A stretch of DNA of 46,427 nucleotides from Octopus bimaculoides (GCF_001194135.2 NC_068986.1:69157954-69204380); one strand, 5' to 3'; numbered from the stretch's first letter, positions 23,998 through 38,254 are shown. The notes: generated by a model from the letters alone, not told the origin. Numbers and translations: made by a program.

Positions 23998-25538
23998 AAT
24001 GATCCGCAAAAGTTTACATCACAGTCAAATATTCAAGTTTACATATATTGAGTTAATGCAAGTTAATGAAATTTCCACTATTTATGAAGTCATTTGTAAT
24101 AAATTTAATGCAACAATCAGAATTACTTAATAATAAACAGAAAAAAAAAATTATATGGAGAAATGTTGAAATTCAAAAAGCAAAATGGTACGATACATTT
24201 AACTCAATTGAATAATTTCCCAGATATTTTGAAGAAAAATGATTTTTTTTTGTTTCCTGAATATCTATAGTGTTCTAGATGATTCGGGAAGATTCGTTTG
24301 TGAGCATTTGCATCAGTTCTAATATTACCGTAGAGTGAACATCAACATCATGGGTAAAAATAAACAAATTACTCAAGACCGCCGTGAGCGTATTGTTGAC
24401 CTTCAAAAAAGTGGTAATGAATACAGAAAGATCTCTTCATTGCATTATGCATCCCTGCGTTCAGTATTTCACGATAATACGTAACTGGAAATCTTGCAAT
24501 TTCATTCTCCCTCTGGTCCGCAAAGCGTACAGCAAGAAAACTCGCAAGAATAGCTACTAATAGACCACAAACTACACTTAAGGAGCTGCAGGAAGACTTG
24601 GAAGCATGTGAAGTACATGTGAGTCAGGATACAGTTAGTAGATCACTTTGTCGTTACGATCTCTTCGTTCTCCAAAAAAGATCCCATTACTTAAGAAACG
24701 TCACGTTAAAGTTCGTTTCGCCTTTGCAAAAACATCTAAATTAACCGGCAACATATTGGGAAAACGTAGTTTGGTCTGACGAAACCAAGATTGAGCTTTT
24801 CGGCACAAATTCGATCAACAAGGTTTGGAGAAAGAACGGTGTAGAATACGCATGAAAGAGTATTATCCCTACAGTCAAATTCTGAGGCGGATCAGTAACG
24901 GTATGGGCTTGGTTTTACACCTCAAGTGTTGGATGATTGGAAGTAATCGAAGGAAAAATGAATGGCGAAAAATATAGGGGGATTTTTAGAGATATGTTTA
25001 AATGTTTAATGACTAGCGCTTTCTCCTTAAACTTGGAACACGGATGACCTTTTTAACAGGATAATGATTCAAAGCACACAACAAAGCTGACCAAAATTTG
25101 GCTGAAAACAAATGAGGTTAATGTTCTGGAATGGCCAAGTCAATCCCCGAAAATTTGTGGAAAGAATTGAAACTCAGAGATCAAAAAAGAAACCCGCGTA
25201 ACTTACAAGAACTGAAAAGAATTTGTGTAGAAGAAAGGGTAAAAATAAGCTCTACCACATGTAAAATGTATTTAGGAGACTATTCAAAGTGCGTGTTAGC
25301 CCTCATCATCAACAAGGGTTATGCAAGGGTTTGATGTGTTGTAAACTTTGGCGTCTTGAAATTCAACTTTTTCCATGTAAAATTGTTTCTGCTCATGATT
25401 CTGTAATTCTGATTGTTGTATTGAATTCATTACAAAAGACTTCATAAATGGTGGAAATTACATTAACCTGTGTTAACTCAATATATGTAAACTTGAAACT
25501 TGAATTTTTGACTGTGTGTTGTAAACTTTGGCGTCTTG
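23998..25538 (+). mobile_element. Decayed Tc1-like transposon with about 200-bp IR/DR-type TIRs
   Basis: TIRs about 23998-24200 and 25335-25538, each with two AAGTTTACA-like direct repeats. Confidence 0.85.
24350..25334 (+). pseudogene. Tc1 DD34E-type transposase pseudogene
   Basis: MGKNKQITQDRRERIVDLQKSG...VVWSDETKIELFG...QDNDSKHT...[14 protein letters not shown]...INKGY with many stops and frameshifts. Confidence 0.9.
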
Positions 25539-27499
25539 AAATTCAACTTTTTCCATGTAAAATTGTTTCTGCTCATGATTCTGTAATTCTGATTGTTGTA
25601 TTGAATTCANNNNNNNNNNNNNNNNNNNNNNNNNNNNNNNNNNNNNNNNNNNNNNNNNNNNNNNNNNNNNNNNNNNNNNNNNNNNNNNNNNNNNNNNNNN
25701 NNNNNNNNNNNNNNNNNNNNNNNNNNNNNNNNNNNNNNNNNNNNNNNNNNNNNNNNNNNNNNNNNNNNNNNNNNNNNNNNNNNNNNNNNNNNNNNNNNNN
25801 NNNNNNNNNNNNNNNNNNNNNNNNNNNNNNNNNNNNNNNNNNNNNNNNNNNNNNNNNNNNNNNNNNNNNNNNNNNNNNNNNNNNNNNNNNNNNNNNNNNN
25901 NNNNNNNNNNNNNNNNNNNNNNNNNNNNNNNNNNNNNNNNNNNNNNNNNNNNNNNNNNNNNNNNNNNNNNNNNNNNNNNNNNNNNNNNNNNNNNNNNNNN
26001 NNNNNNNNNNNNNNNNNNNNNNNNNNNNNNNNNNNNNNNNNNNNNNNNNNNNNNNNNNNNNNNNNNNNNNNNNNNNNNNNNNNNNNNNNNNNNNNNNNNN
26101 NNNNNNNNNNNNNNNNNNNNNNNNNNNNNNNNNNNNNNNNNNNNNNNNNNNNNNNNNNNNNNNNNNNNNNNNNNNNNNNNNNNNNNNNNNNNNNNNNNNN
26201 NNNNNNNNNNNNNNNNNNNNNNNNNNNNNNNNNNNNNNNNNNNNNNNNNNNGTGTGTGTGTGTGTGTTTGTATGTGTCTGTGTGTGTATGTGTGTGTGTG
26301 TGTGTGTGTGCGTGTGTGTGTTTATGCGTGTGCACGCGTGTATATGTGTGCATGCATACTCAGAATTTCTTTATTAAAGAAAACATTAGCCGATATTCAA
26401 GTGAATACTTGTGAAGTGAGGAACTGAAATGTAAACCCGCCCACCAATCGTTCAACAAATGGCTAGAAATAAATTACTATGGATAGATGGATGGATACAT
26501 CCATGTCCAGACACAAGAAATCCATTATTCATTTCTCACAATTTTTCCGACTTCGTCAACCATGTAGCACTGATTTGAATTTCGTCTCTAAATTTAAATG
26601 AACAAGACGTCATTTCTTCAAATGTGAGTGTCCTCAATTGTAAATCTGACACTCCAGTGAAACCAGATCATCAATCATATCACAGCTCTCCTACACTCTC
26701 TTAAGCTGTCCTAGCACTCTTACTGACTGGATTCCGCTCAATTTTCTTTCCAACGGGCCACCCTTATCATTGAAACATATTTATTCGCAACTTATAATTT
26801 CTTCTTTGTGATCTAATGGCTGCTCCGGAATTCGTCGCAGTACTTCTCCTTCAAGAGAGATTAGAATCCTACGGCTATTATTTAAACGTTCTCTATCCTC
26901 CATCTACACTCACCCTGGTATTTTCAGGTGCACTTGCCGACTATATCACACCTGTTAATACATGGATAACGCCACAACAATCGGTGACCCAGAATCCCAG
27001 TACCAGATTATGCAAAACTTTAGCTACACATCTGCCAACATCACATACTGCATCGCATGCCAAGTGAGGTAGCCTTCTTTGGTAAAACATACTGTTTCTT
27101 AAGTGTTCAGCTCTGCGGCACTCTCGCAGCATTCTCCAGTGTTCTTCGGGTCATCCTTTGCTTTCTTCCAAACCATTTAAATACACTTGATCATACATAA
27201 ACAATCTCCCAGTGTTGCGCATTTCATGGTATCCTCTCTTTTGATCCCTCATATTCTTTCTTCACCTTCAAACTCTCTCTCTCTCTAAGCTAAATTCGTT
27301 TCTCTCTCTAGAATACTTTCCTTCCCACAAATACTTTCATCACAGGCATGCACAGAAACTATTACTCTACTGTCTCTTGTAATCTTCCACTGAGTTCATG
27401 TTCTCGTAACAAAGGACAAGGGAAAACTCTTCCCATTATCCGAAGTTATCGTCCCGGAAACACGGGAAACGTTAATCAAGAAACAATATAATGAAATTG

Positions 27500-27626
27500 A
27501 AACATGACTGTGGTTAAAGAAGTTCGCTTTGCAAGCACTTAGTTTCGGGTTCCGTCTAACTGCGTGCTATCTCGAGAGAGTGTTTTCTACAATAGCCCCG
27601 GGTGAGAGTGAAACTATATATATGTA

Positions 27627-27681
<55 letters not shown>

Positions 27682-27885
27682 TTTATTTATTTCCCTCAGA
27701 ACTTGACAAAGTCGATTCGCTTACGTCGATGTAACTTAGCAGTTTCAGCAAAAGGGATCAATAAAATAAGTGACAGACTTTAACAAAAGAAATAATGGAG
27801 TCAATTTGTACGACTAAACCCTTGAAAACAGTGCGGCAGCATGGCCGCAGTCCAATGATTGAAACGAGTAAAAAAGTAAAAAAAT
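27500..27885 (+). mobile_element. SINE family B copy (diverged)
   Basis: Head, (TG)n middle, and 3' end GCAGCATGGCCGCAGTCCAATGATTGAAACGAGTAAAA. Confidence 0.7.
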
Positions 27886-30819
27886 GCATTCGGTCGTGTC
27901 TGGACGCGCGCGCACGCGCACACACACGGACACACACACGAATACACACACAGACACGCCCCCCCCACACAAACACACAAACTCGCTCATAGACACACAC
28001 ACACTTGTCTAAGTTTGTACTGCTGATACATATCAAATTTAAGATTTTTTATATATTCGAGCTTCATATTACTATATTTACGTTGAATATATATTATCAT
28101 CGACATGTATACGTGATTACACACAGAATATATATATATATATATATTCACACACACACACCTGTAGCTAATTTAGCCCTTTGAAGTCATAGTTAATTCT
28201 ATTCAGTAACCATTAAATTTAGCTACTTGTTACACTCCATACACAAAATGTGCACAGAAGTGTGTCTAGAAATAGCTACCTGGATTTCAATATGTGTGTA
28301 ATGTGGAATGTTGACTCAGCATATGTTAAGTGCGTGTGGAAATATCATGGCCGTAATAGTAGATGCTAGCATAACACGTCGTACGCAAACTGCACACACG
28401 CTACATGTATGTACCTATATTTGCATTTATATGTGCGCGTTTATATATATTTATATGTGTGTGTGTGTGTGTGTGTGAGTACATATGTATATGCATATAT
28501 GTGTATATACATATTTATGTACATAAATTGTATGTACATACATATAACTATGTATGTATGTATCTATATATATATGCATGTATATTTGTGTATATTTATG
28601 TATATATATGTGTATATGTGTAGCTATAACGAAAATAGTCGACTGCCTTATGTGTATTTCAAATGTGGCATGCACATAAGAACTTATATGCGCATACTCT
28701 CATATGCCCAAATACTTATATATATTTCCAAATGTATACTTTCATTCAATCACATGCAGAAATCCAAATACATGTTATATACACAGTCACATGTAGAAAC
28801 ATCCCTATCTCGCCCACTCGCATAGATACATACACATTCATGTGAATGTTCACAGATGTTCACAAAATATATACCACACAAGGTTCTTAAATTTTTCTCT
28901 TTTTTTTTTTTACTATACAAGCATATCTTCGAAAAATCTATATTACTGGACCCAGGTGGAGATTAAAGATTGTCTGAATGCATCAATATTTAGAGCCTCC
29001 AGCATATAGTTTCGAACGCTTTGGATATACAGAGGATTAACATGAGAACTATTTAAGAAAGGAGCTTCATGCTGGTTTTAGATAATACATCACCACTGCT
29101 GGGATAAAATTTTATTGTAGCAATTCGCCCTACGAAATATATAATCGTATGAAACTGTGCTAACAATGAAAGATTTCGTAAGATAATTACACCCCCTATT
29201 AAGCAAGAAGGAAGTAGAAGCTAATGTCATCTGGGTTTTAGCGGCGGCAGGACGTGGAAAACATTGAGTAAAGAAGCCTGAATGGTTGATTTGCAGACAG
29301 AACTGAATATGAAATACATTATAACTAACAGCAGCAGCTACAACTTAATCTGTATAGGTATCAGGTGCGATTTAGAAATGAAGTTGGTGGTTGTGGTAGT
29401 TGTGGTGGTGGTGGTTGTGGTGTGTATGTGTGTGTGTGTGTGTGGGGGGTTGTTGGTACAGGTGCTGACTTCTAACATTGGCAAAGTTCTCAGTTCCGTA
29501 GTGTAAGTATTGAATCGATTGAATCGATGCCAGTATATGGTAATTACTTATTTTATCTTCGCTGAAATTATGAAAGTTCAAATTAACCTGATATAATTTG
29601 AAATGGGAAGGCAAAAAGGTGAAAGTACTATCACTTGGGTTTTCTGACTCTCCACTGTCCTTATGATAATAACATTGATGACAACGACAATCCACACCTC
29701 TCGATGTTGTGGGTCACTCGATTGAAAATCTTGAAAAGACTTGTGCGGATAACTTACAAACATGCTCAGTATCATAGTACTGACGCTGGTGACTACCTTT
29801 TCGGTATAAGCTCTACAAGAACTGCAGTGTCGCCTTTCGTTCAGAATGACAAAATCCTTCTGTATGCACTTGTTCAGTGTCCAAACATTACGGACTTGTG
29901 CAGTTTTGCCGAACAACTATTGTCCTATGTAGGAAACATCTGGCTGCCAGATGAATACATCAGGAGGATCGCCTTACTGTCTTCCACTGATCAAGAGGAA
30001 AAACAACAGATCGAACAAGGAGAGCAACAAATATAAATCAGAAACTGAAGAGATAGTTTGTTGTGTGGATAAAAAGGAAATAAATTGTGAAAAGGCTGAA
30101 AAATAAAATGGTTAACAAAGGACTACAGAATGCCATGCTAATAAAAAACTAAACTGACAAAGGAAAACAACAACACTGGTTGAGAAGTTGATACTGAAGT
30201 ATGTTTCATTGCAGGATCAATATTCTCTCACCAGAAACTACCAGAAGCATGTAATAAAGCAGAATACATCAAATAACTACAGAATGTATGAGGTTAGAGA
30301 TGAAACATTGTCTCTCGTTGTCCACTATTGGTTACGATAAAGTACATTATGAGGCTTCTGAAGACAATCCAAGAGCCCAAGTATCCCAAGTAGTTCACTT
30401 ATAGTTGTGTCGAAACTGTTCAGACAAAAAGCAAGGCCAATAACGTTTTGTTAAAACTTCTCATCATCGAAATCTGGTGAGGTTTACTCAACCACATATC
30501 TGCAAAGCTACACAAGATGAATTCGTACTATACAAGATGAGTTCATTTTATCGCCCTTAAGTTATTCCGTCTTCCAAAACAGCAGCCGATCTCTGTTCCT
30601 GTAACAATAATATCCTCCAATTTTGAGCGATCCTCTTTTCTCTCACTGCGAAATAGCGACTCTTCCGGTGATAAATACACTAGTAGAGTAAGCCTCCATC
30701 TTCGCTTCCCGCTTCGTAATTAACTCTGCATTACACACTCTTGGAAAATCTCCAATTTTATCCCCTTTCTTCCTCCCAGCTCCACCATCTTGCATGCGTA
30801 TTACCGTCAAAAACATTGC

Positions 30820-30990
30820 GTTTTAGAACTAGCCTCTAGAATCACCAAACTCTCTCAAAAGGGTTCTTTATTAATCTTTGGAGACATGCTATATTGTTTC
30901 TTGCAACATTGTTTCATTTCCAAGAAAGGCAACTCATCGGGCCTTGCCAATTACCGTCCAATTGCATTCACTTCTAATATTCCTAAGGTA
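30820..30990 (+). pseudogene. Non-LTR retrotransposon RT fragment
   Basis: HCFISKKGNSSGLANYRPIAFTSNIPKV matches the P.PKKG...NYRPI.LTS..SKV motif; truncated by a SINE. Confidence 0.7.
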
Positions 30991-30992
30991 AA

Positions 30993-31403
30993 GAGGACGG
31001 CGAACTGAAAGGATCATTAGCACGCCGGGTAAACTGCTTAGTGTCATTTCATCTGTCTTTACGTTCTGAGTTCATATTACACCGAGGTCGACTTTGCCTT
31101 TCATCATTTCGGCGTCAATAAAATTAGTACCAGTTGAGCACTGAGGTCGGCGTAATCGACTCACATCATTCCCCGAACTAACTGGCTTTGTACCAAACTT
31201 TGAAAGCAATATTTCAAAGTGCTTAGCGGCATTTCATCCGTCTCTACGTTCTGAGTTCAAATTCCGCTGAGGTCAGCTTTGCCTCTCATCTTCCCGGGGT
31301 CGATAATATAAGTACCAGTTAAGCATTGGGGCTCGATGTAATCGGCTAGCCACCTCCATAGAAATTGCTGGTCTTGTGCCAAAATTTGAAACCAATATTT
31401 CTA
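30993..31403 (+). mobile_element. Two tandem family A SINE copies
   Basis: About 30993-31212 and a 5'-truncated 31219-31403, both ending in a CAAAATTTGAAACCAATATTTC-like tail. Confidence 0.8.
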
Positions 31404-31458
31404 AGGTAATGGACAGGCATAATAAAACGACCTTCTTCCCTCCAGCACCTTGAATCTT

Positions 31459-31496
<38 letters not shown>

Positions 31497-31506
31497 NNNN
31501 NNNNNN

Positions 31507-31562
<56 letters not shown>

Positions 31563-32057
31563 TTCTCCCTTTCACTCCTGAATGACCACTCGCAACCTAG
31601 ACGCCACACAAACCGACACTGACTTCATAAACAAAGACCTGGAGCGCATCTTCCAATAGGAATATGTAAAACTCATCTCTTTCAATAGCAAGGAAGTAAT
31701 ACACATATCAATTAACATTACCCATCCTCCTAAACACGAGAACTTAGTTAGAGTTCTCTCGGTCGCTTCGATTGTTGCACCTCTCTATTACCAAAGAACT
31801 CTACTGGTGAAATTCCAATCTTAACATAACTAGGACAGCATCCCGACACTGACCTTTATCTTCAAGAACAAAAGAAATTTCAGGCTCTAACGATTATTTT
31901 CCATAAATAAAAGATGATTTCTGAATTCAAATTCCGCCAAAGTCGTCAATTTTGACTTACATACTTCAAGAGAAGATAAAATGAAATCTTAGTCAAGTAC
32001 CTACACTATATCAGCCCACACATTTCCAGCCTTGCGCCTATATAGGAAATCATTATA

Positions 32058-32480
32058 GATATTGGTTTCAAATTTTGTCACAGGGCCATGAATTTCGGAG
32101 GAGGATAAAGTGGCGATATACCAGAAACGTTAGCACGCCGGGTGAAATGCTTCTGAGTTCAAATTCCACCGAAGTCGACTTTGCCTTTCATCCTTTCGAG
32201 GTCGATAAATTAAGTACCAGTTGCGTACTGGGGTCGATTTAATCAACTGGACCCCTCTGCCAAAATTTCGGGCCTTGTGCCTAGAGTAGAAAAGAATTTC
32301 GGAGGAGTACCGAGGTCGATTACATCGACCTCAGTACTCAACTGGTACTTATTTTATCGATGTCGAAGAGATGAAAGGCAAGGTCAACCTCGGCAGAATT
32401 TGAACTCAGAACATAAGGACGGACGAAAGGCCGCTAAGCGTTTTGCCCGGCGTGTTAATGATTCTTCCAGCTCGCCACCT
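32058..32480. mobile_element. Plus-strand family A SINE (32104-32293) nested in a minus-strand family A SINE
   Basis: 14-bp TSD GAATTTCGGAGGAG at 32090-32103 and 32294-32307. Confidence 0.85.
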
Positions 32481-33957
32481 TAAACATTATCAATAGTAGC
32501 ATTAGGCTACATCTCCTTCGTTGTGTGTTCAAATCCTGCCGAAGTCAACTTTACATTTCATTCTTTCGAGATCGTTACATTTACGACTAATCAAATGCTA
32601 GGATCGATATGATCGACTGATCATCCCTAAAATTCGAGAATAAACTTGATATTAGTATTTAGTAAGGAATCAAAATTAGTATTTAGTTACGTCCCTTCCG
32701 AAGTCAGGTATCCTTTTATCCTTTGAAACACAAAAATTCTGACTTGGCTCGTTTGCACGCAAACCTAAGGTTTACATAAAGATTACAGCTATTTTCATAC
32801 ACGCACACACACACGTACATACACAACACACAAACACCGTGCGCACACGCGCACACGCACAGACTCACACACGCACATATAAATTTATATGTTGCGAAAA
32901 TAGAGACTACATGACAACAAAAATAACTGGGCTGAAGTATGCCAGNNNNNNNNNNNNNNNNNNNNNNNNNNNNNNNNNNNNNNNNNNNNNNNNNNNNNNN
33001 NNNNNNNNNNNNNNNNNNNNNNNNNNNNNNNNNNNNNNNNNNNNNNNNNNNNNNNNNNNNNNNNNNNNNNNNNNNNNNNNNNNNNNNNNNATATATTTCT
33101 TCTATTTCCTCATTTGGAAATCAACTCTATTTTACTAAAGAAAAGAAAAACGAAAAACGAAGTTGTGGAAGTGAAAATAAGAAAGAAAACTTTAAATTTT
33201 AAATTTCAGGCGCGTCTTATCAATAATATTATTCTATTATTATTTCATGCCAAGAGTTACTGCATACCTAAATGAATAACACAATTAATTTCACTGAGGT
33301 TGACGATAAAATAAATTATATCAGCTGCAAAAACAAGAACAAGTACTATATGATGTACAAAAATATTCTCTCGCAAATATAGTGTGTCAAACTAAAGGAA
33401 ATAGCACTTTTTCTTCAAATGTAAGTGTTGAACAAAGTGGACAGCCGACTGCATATGATGTTAGACGATCAGTTTATTTTGCGAGTTCATACTTTAACTG
33501 TATTGCCAGAGAAGTTTTTATTCTGTGTATTTCACTTAATTTTGCTTTGAAGAATATATGCTCACAATAATATACCAACTTCTTAAGTAGAAGTGTGGAT
33601 AAGCTTGCATCTACTAAATGTTTTCTGCCACTTCGAATTGTAACATCGAGTTTCTAATGGGGCTTCTGCAATAACTAAATATAGAAATAGTTGGTGCATT
33701 CAATTTTTCCAATGCTAGGATAATGAGTTCTACAATTGAGATTTCGAGTTGACATCTTGTCAGTTTTGTCTTTATCACTTCTGGGATCAATATCAAATAG
33801 CAGTTTCTTTTGTCTTGTAAAAAGATGTTTGCAATGAAGAAAACCAACCGATTGAATTTATCTGAGTAATTATTTACTGGCATTTATTTTACAAACACCG
33901 GAGGTATAAAAGCCAAGTCAACCACAAGAAACTTGAATTCAAACTCAAGAGTAAGAC

Positions 33958-34229
33958 GAAATATTTGATTTCAAAATTTGGTACGAAACCAGCAATTTCA
34001 TCAAGAATGATAAGTCGATTACATCGATCCCAGTGTTTAACTGCTGCTTATTTATTTTATCGACTTCGAAAGGATAAAAGGCAAAGTCGATCCGGGTGGC
34101 ATTTGAACCCAGAACGTAACGTCGGAAGAAATGCCGCAAATAATTTTTCCTAGTGGCGTAACAATTCTTCCAGCTCATCGCGTTAAAAATTTGGACCGGA
34201 TGCTAACGATTCTATCAGCTCGCCGCCTT
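33958..34229 (-). mobile_element. Family A SINE followed by an extra head fragment
   Basis: Full copy about 33958-34185; second head CCGGATGCTAACGATTCTATCAGCTCGCCGCC at about 34196-34229. Confidence 0.75.
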
Positions 34230-37200
34230 CATTGCACCTCGAAACATTTCGAGGTACAATGGTGCAAGGTTTTTAATATGAAATCATACTCCGAATGAAA
34301 TGCGAATTATTGTATTCAACTCCCTTCAGGTACAGTCTTCATGGCCAAGTTCTTTCTAGAAGTGTCAAACAAGTCAATTTGGTTATTTACATTATGTACA
34401 TAATTCCTCATCTCTTAAATATAGAACTGTAAGTCAATTTGAGTTGAAACTTTTCTGCCACTTCGAATTGTAACATCGAGCTTCTAATGGGGCTTCTGCA
34501 ATAACTAAATACTGCAATGTATGCCGATAAAAATAAGTAAAAATCAGAATGTGTGGAGCAGTTGATTAGTAACCAATACATACGCGTCTGTAGGTGCATA
34601 ATCCTGAAACGGTGAGTGCATATAAATTATAACCACTGCGATAGCCATGAATAGTCTCACCTACTCGTGTGTTTGCTTATATAAAAACCATTCACATACA
34701 AATGTAATTATGGAAATCTTGGCACTATTATTTGGACAGGTAAAAAATTACAATTGAATCTCTCTGAATTCACACTTGACCGTCTTGAAAGAGAAGAACA
34801 CATTGGTTAGTGGTGCTGAATGCATTTCGAATAAAAGATGGTTTTCTACAACTGGAACACCTTTTATGATGTGTCACCAATCAGGGCTGACCTTGGAGTA
34901 AATAACAACAAAACGACGTTTGGAAAATTACAGAAGACAAAGTTTGTAGATAAAGGATGTAGAAAACATGTTCAACGACGTAGTTGTACCAGGATACAAT
35001 TGTATTTTATACATGTATTATGATGCTGAATATTTAGACTTTTACGGTTGTATGTAAGAAACATCTAAGTTGTGTGGTGAGTAAATACAATGCAATTCTG
35101 GATGTCGTATTGAGAGATCTACTCTACGTGTTTCCACTGTGTAAACTTGTCACTATGCAGATATTGTAGGATTGAAGAAATAACTTGTCATTGAGGACCT
35201 GCGCTAAGAAATTATCTATCCAAAAAGGAACTTCTGACTTATGCATAATGTCAAACTGTGTGACAAAAATTATCGACAAACATTTCAAATCTATCGTAGT
35301 GTATATTATTCTCTTGAATGAGTGAAAATGTAACAAATTTTATATTCACTTGTCACATTTATGCATTAGCAGCGCCTCGCCTGATAAAAGACATATCGAC
35401 AGCTGCCAAAATACAAAAGTTATGGTTTCTATAATTTAGTATCGTAGGTATTAAAGAGGCGTTACGTTTTAAATGTCTACAACCACAGAATCACGTCCCA
35501 CTCATCCTTGTCATGCTGCGTATCTATGTGGATGTCATATCGATTTTGTTGTTAAACGTTAAATGTTTTTTTTTTATCTAGTTGTATCCATAATTTTTAT
35601 TACACATTTATTCTGAATATTTTATTTATAAAATTAAGCTTCCCCTTGTTCTATTGAAAAGTTTCCCTTTGTTCTTCTTAGCATATTCCTTGAAAGAAAT
35701 ATTTTTTATCAGAAATGCGAGTACACAATGGGCTATTATGAATGAAGCATTAGTACTCTTAACGTGGTGAGTGCGACATCTATAATAAATGAAGACCATA
35801 CCTGGACAGAGGAGAAGTAAATATTCTTGAGTGAGGACTTACAAAACCAAAGCAAGGTGCCAACTAAAGCAGAAAATAAAGAAAAAAATATTCTGAAATG
35901 GGTTGACGCATCAGAATTACAAATTTTTCAAATCGGAGATAGACAATTCAGTGAGTGGTTTATAGCCATATTTTTGGTTGATACGTGGCTACTTCGGACA
36001 TGTTTTGGAGCTGACACCGTTATTTTATTAGACATTCTCCTCCTCGGTGAAGCATAGTCAGTAACGTACATGTCAGATTAATAGAGAAGAGAGATTACAT
36101 GCATCTCCAGAAAAATGCTGGTGTGGTTTATCAATATAAAGCCTAAGGGAAATAACTCAATCTGCTTGGAAAATAACGAATTCAGAGCAGCATTGAAGCT
36201 GTTTCTCTTCACTTATGTCCCTTAAGTCCCCAGGAAAGACACTGAGATTAAAGCATCCCATTTACCTCCTTTCTAATCACAGAAAATAAGTGTTTCTAGT
36301 TAGAAGTAAACAACATTAAGTCTGAAATAATACGGAAGCTAGCTTTGTTTAGATTACCAGATTCCGCAATATAAATAATGAGTTTAAACGGCACTGCAAA
36401 CATTGTTAACTCCTTTCAACAAGAACCTTTATCCTATTTGTTTAAATTAATATAGGGATTTAATGTATTTAACCACATAAGTGATTCATATTCTTTATCT
36501 AACATTTACAATGCCTGATCAATATTAATTTATAAAATAGAAGGCGAAACTATCGATAACTTCTTAAAGTTATTAGATTTATATAAGCAACAAATTGCCA
36601 ATTTTCTTCGGTATATAATTTATAAGCCTATCTTTAAATATGCAGATATGTATATAGATTTGAGCATGTATATTTATAAGTGCACGTATGTTGTATCTAG
36701 GGGCCATTGCTAAATAGACACTGACGAATAAAAATACTGAATCGATTCAAGGCAAAATTATTTAGCCGATAGTAACATTAATAATATTTCCTTGATGCTA
36801 AACCAGATTTTATGATTCATTCCCTGAGGTATTTATTTTTTATACTCTTTCATTACTTCCAGTTATTTTCACACATCGAACAGGCACACAAACTTGAAAA
36901 TTGTTCAGCCATCAGCTTTATAGATCAACTCATTCTGGCAAGTTAAACAGTTGTGGTAAAGTATCAATTTACATAATTGATTTTGTTCTTGAAATTGCCC
37001 AAAACTCTAATCGAGAAAGTTATTTACCATAACTTTAACGTGTGTAAATTTAAAGAGAAGTCAAAGACTTTATGTGAGCTCCAACACGCACATATATACT
37101 CAGAAACATTTGCCATTCTTGGAACATACTAAACAAATCTAGAATTTTGTGGCTAATTTCAAATTACTTCTTAAAATGTCGTCTTTACGTTCACAAGTTC

Positions 37201-37866
37201 ACACTCCGAACAAAAATACAAGAAAACATCAAAACATGTAGACGCACATTCGTCATACATAAACACGTAATATGTTTGTGTACTGTATTTAAGTCGAAAC
37301 ACTTCAAAAGATTTTCCCCCGTACACAAGCACACATGTACATGGACATGTAAATATGTAGACACACAAATGCTACTGTGATTATATTTACTGAGAAATAG
37401 TTGTTCAGAAAATTATGTGTCTATAAATATGTACATACACACATATTCACACACATTACCCAACCACCCGCCGCGTAGAAACAAGCGTACATGAATCACA
37501 GTTTGGCAGATTATTATGAATTTCTATTTAACACAAAGCACTTCATTCACAACCAAAAACTCTGTTATCATAAATGTTACCTTCATTTTGTAAAATGTTA
37601 TGTTTCTAGGCCTTGATATATATTTTTTAGTCTGTAATCTTAACAGGGCAAATATTTTGACAGTCTGACTACTTTGTGATAATAAGTTTGATATCTTTAA
37701 CATAAACTTTACAATCTTAAACATCTACAATTAATAAAAATTGTTGAACAAAGGCGGTTCTTACAAGATAAAACCACCGTTCGTTTGGGTTGGAAATGGG
37801 AACAATTAATGGTGAGAAGTAAGTCTGTATAACTGTTACATTTACTTATATTACAATTTGTTAATA

Positions 37867-38254
37867 CAGAGTTTCCCCTCAAATTCGTTACTACCAACCT
37901 CAATTTCTTGAAAGTCAACCTCAAATTTCTCATTGCTAGCTTCATTATCGCTATCTTCAGTTTCCATTGCGTTGTGTCTATCTCGATTTCGTCATAGTCA
38001 ACTTTAATTTCGTCACCCTCTGATTAAATGTCATGACTGCCGGATGGGACGAATAATTGCTGTTAATGATCGTTCATAAAAAAAAAATCGCTTTTTCCTC
38101 CAGTGACGACATTTAAGTTGACAATAGATGAAATCGAAATAGACGACACCGTAATCGAGACTTAGGGTAAGGAAACTGAAGTTGACGATGACGAATTTGA
38201 GGCCGACATGGACGAGATTGAGGTTGATAATGGCGAGTTTAGGAGAAAACCCTG
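37867..38254. mobile_element. Old foldback/MITE-like element with about 21-bp subrepeats in its arms
   Basis: Termini CAGAGTTTCCCCTC / GGAGAAAACCCTG; TA on both sides (37865-37866, 38255-38256); arms about 37867-38018 and 38102-38254. Confidence 0.65.

Noticed and set aside
25336-25609. Exact 94-bp repeat at 180-bp offset at the Tc1 right end
   Set aside because: It starts at the inner/outer DR and ends at a gap, so it is probably a mis-join. A true tandem copy cannot be excluded without reads.
26560-27250. Less AT-rich stretch suggestive of an old LINE (similarly 11070-11340)
   Set aside because: No RT or endonuclease motif could be read by eye.
34950-35053. Plus-strand exon-like frame IKDVENMFNDVVVPGYNCILYMYYDAEYLDFYGC with a GTAAGA donor
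   Set aside because: Poor pyrimidine tract, no neighbouring compatible exon, no recognisable family.
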